DNA from: Eukaryota sp. TZLM1-RC
Lineage: Eukaryota; Protista; Metamonada: BaSk clade
Assembly (NCBI GenBank): GCA_040285825.1
Contig: JAUPSS010000004.1
Coordinates: forward strand, 4,803,784 to 4,867,783
Direction: 5' to 3'
Length of the DNA stretch: 64,000 bases
Positions 59,371 to 64,000 of this stretch are shown here, piece by piece. Numbering within the stretch: the first letter of the stretch is position 1; each line of letters begins with the position of its first letter. The notes below the pieces were generated by a model, which ran no database searches, was not told where the DNA came from, and was given only the letters and a program-made list of their open reading frames with translations. The translations under genes and the position numbers were made by a program.

Positions 59371-60665
59371 TCAGAAGATTAATGAATTACGTGCAAACGT
59401 TTTGTCACAATTACTGGGATGTAAAATGTTCCAAATTCCAGATCATGCTTACCTTAGTCCACATTATGGTGGTTTAGGGTGGACGAAGGCTTCTATTCTT
59501 ACTTCATGTGCTTTTATTGGTGGATGCAGAAATGCAATTTTTGAGTTTTCTGAAAGATTTGCCGATTGCGAAGATTTATTAATGACAGCGCAAAGTTCCA
59601 CTGTTTTGGCATTAAATGAAGAAATTTCAAAAATTGATGTAGAAAATGGAGTCGATGCTTTCCCCAATCATCCAATGGCAATATCCTGGAAAAAAAATTT
59701 TTAAATTTAAAATACACTCTTCGAACATTACAGAAACGATTGACTGGAATGTATGAAAATGATATTTATAATGATATATGCAGCTCAGCTGTTTTAAATC
59801 AAAATCTTCACTCATTGTTATTGGAAAAGGGTGCTTGTGAAAACCAGTCATCAGATTTTTCATTGTTTCTAACCATTGTACCACGAAGATTTGGACTGTG
59901 TGCAATTAATGAAGCGTTTGTAACAAAAATGAGATTATATTTGAATATCCCCATTAATCAATTATTATTAAAAGAAAAATGCATTTGTTCGAATTGACCA
60001 CAGCTCACTTTGCGTCATGCTCTGAATTGTTCGAAATTGATAACTTATCGTTCTTCATTACATGATGCTGTTAGAGACACTGTTTCTAATATGGCACAAA
60101 CTGCAAGAATCTCATGTATCAAAGAGCCTCTGCTGAAAGAAACACGGTCATTGAATAATTTTGGCTCTGATGATAGAGGTGATGTATACTGTGATTGGAT
60201 TGATAACTCTGAGGCTATTGTTGACTTTGTCTCATGTAATGTTGGTGAATGACACTTTGGTTCACAGAAGAAAACTTAATCCTGTGAGTGCTCTTGATTT
60301 CAAAGCAAAAGAAAAACATAGAAAATATGATAAAGTTATTGAAGAGGCTAATGCTGATAGAAATACACAGCTAGTTTTTATTGCTTTCCCATTTTCGATA
60401 AGTGGAAGATTATCAGATGAAGCAGCAACTTTTTTGAATGACTTCCAAAAATGGTTCAAGAAAAAACAATAAGATTTGATATTTTTTATGGCGCTTGGAT
60501 TCAATTTGCCATTATTAATAGATTATCTTGGGTTTTCAATCGAAAAAGACAAGCTTTAGCTAGACAGCAAGCAGATCAAGATTTTGTAGAGGAAATCTTG
60601 GTTCAATGATATTCGTCGCATTAGTTATGAATTAATTTAATTAAGTGTGCATGTTCAATAAATAA
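59371..60665 (+). mobile_element. 5'-truncated copy of the CRE-like retrotransposon (CCHC plus RLE)
   Basis: Near-identical to 49090-49843, then EPLL..RGDVYCDW..VDFVSCN..KEKHRKY, ending in an AATAAA-like tail. Confidence 0.9.
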
Positions 60666-60763
60666 TTAAAAGACTAACACTTCTGTAGAACTTTTTTTAA
60701 AGATGAAACAATGTTTGTTTCCTCATTAAAAAAGGATAGTATTTTGTAGGTCTTCAATGTTTT

Positions 60764-61687
60764 ATGACTGTTTCCCCACCTCTGAAGCTCTCTCGTGCTT
60801 CTCCTGACTATGAAATCACGTATTACGACCTTCAGGATTCATGTCCGCCCGTAAAGTTCAAGGAGGCTGTTGCTGTTCAGGTCTACAAGTCAGATGCCTC
60901 TAAAATTGCTACTTTCCTTTCTCAGCAACTACCTCTCGATGATTTACCTTGTATGAAGCGGTTTAAACCCTCACCACAATCAGACGCCATCTTTGTCCTT
61001 CTTGGATCTGTAGAATCCATATCTTCCCTTCCTTCCTCATCTGAGTTCCCTTCAGACACCCTCCCCTCAACACTTACTCTTAATGAACTCAAATCCTTAC
61101 TTTCCTCTCTCAAGACTTCAGTTTCACATCCCTTCTTCACTCTCCACCTCTCTTGCAATTCATACCACACAAAGACTACCATAGAGGAACTCAAACGGAC
61201 CTGGCCTTTAATTCCCAAGCTGCCTCCAGACCCTTCACCCAACTCAATTTTACCCGAAACACTGACTAGGGAAGAAGAAGTGGAAGTGTTTGAGGTGTTG
61301 GAAAAGTTGGTGGGTGAAATCAATCAAAAGGGGAAAGCTGTTGGGTTGTTGAGAGATTCAATCAATCAAAAAGATATCATCACTGTTAATCAATCAGAAC
61401 ACGTGCTTGGGCACGTCAGCATTGAATTGATTAATAAATTTTCCAGTATCTGTTCTGTTGATTCTTATTTTCTTTCTAATTTAGATGTTTTTCTTTTACA
61501 CGAACCTTGCGTGTTTTGTACAATGGCCTTGATTCATTCAAGAGTCCGTAGACTTTGGTTTTGTCAAAGTCACTCCAATGGTGGTGTTTCTCAATTCAAA
61601 GTTCCTTATAGTGGAGTTAATCACAAAATGTATTGTGCTATGGTTGGTATTGAGTTTGGTGAATTCAAATGCAAGTGCTTGGAATAA
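60764..61687 (+). CDS. TAD3: tRNA adenosine deaminase non-catalytic subunit
   Basis: LDDLPCMKRF, HVLGHVSIELI, YFLSNLDVFLLHEPCVFCTMALIHSRVRR, VNHKM. Confidence 0.9.
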   Translation: MTVSPPLKLSRASPDYEITYYDLQDSCPPVKFKEAVAVQVYKSDASKIATFLSQQLPLDDLPCMKRFKPSPQSDAIFVLLGSVESISSLPSSSEFPSDTLPSTLTLNELKSLLSSLKTSVSHPFFTLHLSCNSYHTKTTIEELKRTWPLIPKLPPDPSPNSILPETLTREEEVEVFEVLEKLVGEINQKGKAVGLLRDSINQKDIITVNQSEHVLGHVSIELINKFSSICSVDSYFLSNLDVFLLHEPCVFCTMALIHSRVRRLWFCQSHSNGGVSQFKVPYSGVNHKMYCAMVGIEFGEFKCKCLE

Positions 61688-62323
61688 AGTTTTGTTTTAA
61701 GTTTTTTATAAGTTTTTTTTTAAGTTTTTTGTCCAATAGATGTACTTGGCCTTTAAATAGATTCTTGTTGAAATAGCTTATTTATTTCTTGAAACCAAAC
61801 AAAGAAATAGACATAAAACTAGAACTCAATATCCTCAATACACGCATCAACATCATCAAATCTCTTCAGTGCTCGATTCTCATACTCTATTCCTAATTGT
61901 AACAGTGCCTTGGTTATCATTTTTGGAATTGCTGTAAGAATGCGAAAAACAATTCAATTGTATGTTTAAACAGATTGAGTTGACTTTACTGAATCTCCAT
62001 ATTATCAACACCAAACCTTATCTAAACCAAATTCTACAAGACAAAAGCAACATTTATTGTGTTGTTATTAAAGTTGATGATCAGCACTGAATGACTGGTC
62101 CAACAACATGTTAAGAAGCTTATTTTAAAAGAAAATGTCTCTTCTGCAAGTTCAAACCATATTAATATTAAAAAATATTAAATATTCAAAGTTTAATTAA
62201 AAAGTTTTAATATAAATCAAGTAAAAAAATGTGATTTTTAAAGAAAAATAATTAAACAAAGTTATTAATGCAGAAACTGAATAATTAAAACTAAAATTTG
62301 ATCGAATTCAAAAAAAGCCACCT

Positions 62324-63322
62324 CTAAATACCATTTTCATTAGAAGCTTTCCACATATGAATTCCATTGTCGTAAAAAGAACAAGAAACATAATAAACTT
62401 CAGTACCTCTTGACCAATAATCTGCACCATAAACAATACTATCATGGCCTTTATACTCTGAAATTACCTCAAAAGAACTCTTATCAATTAAACTAACCCC
62501 ACCGTACATACAGGAACAAAGAAAATACTTGGAATCAACTTCTACAATATCCCAGACGCCACCGGAAAGCTTCTTTTCAATCAAAACTCTTCTAGGAAAC
62601 CGGAGGTCCCATTTATGAATATAATCATCATAACCCCCACTCAACACTTCATGCTCCTTTCCTTCTTCTTCCACGTAAAGACTAATGACACCAGCTGAAT
62701 GATGCTTGAAACATCCAACCTGAGAGGGTACACGAGGGTCCCATCGCCTTATAAGAGCGTCGTCACCACCGCTAAGCAAGGTCTTTGATCCAGAATGATA
62801 GTGACAACACCAAGCATCAAAAGAGTGTTGACCCTGCACAGTAGTAATTTGGGTGGCTGAATCAGTTTGAAATACCTTACCCGATGAACTTGTAGAGTAG
62901 ACATTCTGATCAGTGGGGATAATGCTTGTGATCATGGAGTCATGTGCAACGGTAGTATTAGATTGAAGAGACAATAAATTGGTTTCGCTATTGAGATTGA
63001 AACAGGAAATAGTTCCATTAGTATTTGCGGTATAAAAAATGTGGAAATTGGAGCAAGGGGGATAGACCAAGTCAAAGATACCATAGTCCAAGTTTAAAGA
63101 TCCAGTTGAAACAAGCTGAAGGGACTGGGATATAGTAAAGGTAATAAGTTGACCGGTATGGGTCTGTGTAGAACCATCCTCATGAAGAGTGTATGTGCCT
63201 GAACATAGAATAGGATTTGATTCAGACTTTGAAAGAAAACTGACAGTATCTGGACATGATGCAGCTGTGTAAGTATCAATGGTACTTGCAGAAGAGGATT
63301 CTAACATTGGTTTTATGATCAT
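62324..63322 (-). CDS. DPH7: Diphthine methylesterase WD40 protein (WDR85)
   Basis: CPDTV, CSGTYTL, HSFDAWCC, SGGDD, HSAGV, GGYDD..WDLR, GGVW, HDSIVYGAD, CSFYD. Confidence 0.9.
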   Translation of the reverse strand: MIIKPMLESSSASTIDTYTAASCPDTVSFLSKSESNPILCSGTYTLHEDGSTQTHTGQLITFTISQSLQLVSTGSLNLDYGIFDLVYPPCSNFHIFYTANTNGTISCFNLNSETNLLSLQSNTTVAHDSMITSIIPTDQNVYSTSSSGKVFQTDSATQITTVQGQHSFDAWCCHYHSGSKTLLSGGDDALIRRWDPRVPSQVGCFKHHSAGVISLYVEEEGKEHEVLSGGYDDYIHKWDLRFPRRVLIEKKLSGGVWDIVEVDSKYFLCSCMYGGVSLIDKSSFEVISEYKGHDSIVYGADYWSRGTEVYYVSCSFYDNGIHMWKASNENGI

Positions 63323-64000
63323 TAGTTACAGATAATGTCTATAACAATGACATAAAAGTCCTTTTTACACCGATGTAGACTGTTTTTGAGAAATGGAAGA
63401 TTTCCTTCATGACAAGCATCGATTTCACCCTTAAAAAAGTCCTCATTTTCAGAACCTTTCATAATATGTGGGAAGACAAATTTGAGAATATTGAAACCAC
63501 ATATTATATGAGGATTATAAGTTTCTGATAATTTTTTAAATGAACTTAACAATTCTTTATCATAGGAATGATGATATAAAGTGTTATTTTCATCATCAAC
63601 TGTGCAATAATGTTCGTTTCTGTTTGTTGACTTTTCTCAAAGATCACAAAAACAAAGATTTAATTCAATCTGTTCTCCAGTAAAAATATGAGAAACAGAA
63701 TTTGCAACAATCTTTCTTGTAGATTGACAGTAAGAGATGGAATGTTCTCTTGCAGAAATGACAATTATTTCATTCTCATCACTGAGCTTTTTACCCAACC
63801 CCTAACTTTCAATATCAAACCTCAAAATTCTGAGAGTAAATTGTATTTTGACATTTGATGGTATCAGTAGAGTGTATTTATATTGAGTCAGCTGATTCTC
63901 ATTGAAAAGTGTTTTTACACGTTTCAAAGGTCTGCACAATACATCAGCTCGCCTTTTTCTGATGGTTTTTTGTAAAGGAACATTTCTTTGTCTCAAATGA
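63323..64000 (-). mobile_element. Element E: internally deleted family-A Fanzor element retaining the exonuclease and right end; runs off the window
   Basis: ExoI LRILRFDIES (63805-63834), KLSDENEIIVIS, ExoII YNPHIICGFNILKF. 63420-63652 matches 13958-14182, and 63323-63395 matches the right end of A. Confidence 0.88.

Overview
AT-rich eukaryotic protist DNA with the standard genetic code and very small GT-AG introns (26-39 nt). About 14 intact host genes are present: rotatin, COG7-like, ArsB-type permease, MGMT, CTNNBL1, an NSS/SLC6 symporter, SPC3, LRRC40-like, GNA1, VPS4, a GT8 glycosyltransferase, TAD3, DPH7 and hypothetical proteins. They are separated by transposon islands (hAT, Tc1/IS630, MULE remnant, a MITE, CRE-like RLE retroelements). 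The main signal is a set of at least 8 degenerate Fanzor1 (eukaryotic TnpB-like RNA-guided nuclease) elements with four unusual properties. (1) Five carry a family-B-polymerase-type 3'-5' exonuclease domain (ExoI/II/III motifs); where the junction survives it sits directly N-terminal to the Fanzor, and in one copy it is in frame. (2) Three highly divergent copies share a ~100-bp upstream motif whose core box lies exactly 51 nt before the start codon. (3) Their structured right ends (putative omega-RNAs) lie 0-30 nt upstream of host start codons on the same strand, so the predicted guides are host 5'UTR/ATG sequences. (4) Two copies have a fixed right end, variable left truncation and 11-12 bp target-site duplications. 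VPS4 also carries an in-frame, catalytically dead prolidase-like C-terminal extension. All protein calls come from motif recognition by eye; no database search was run.
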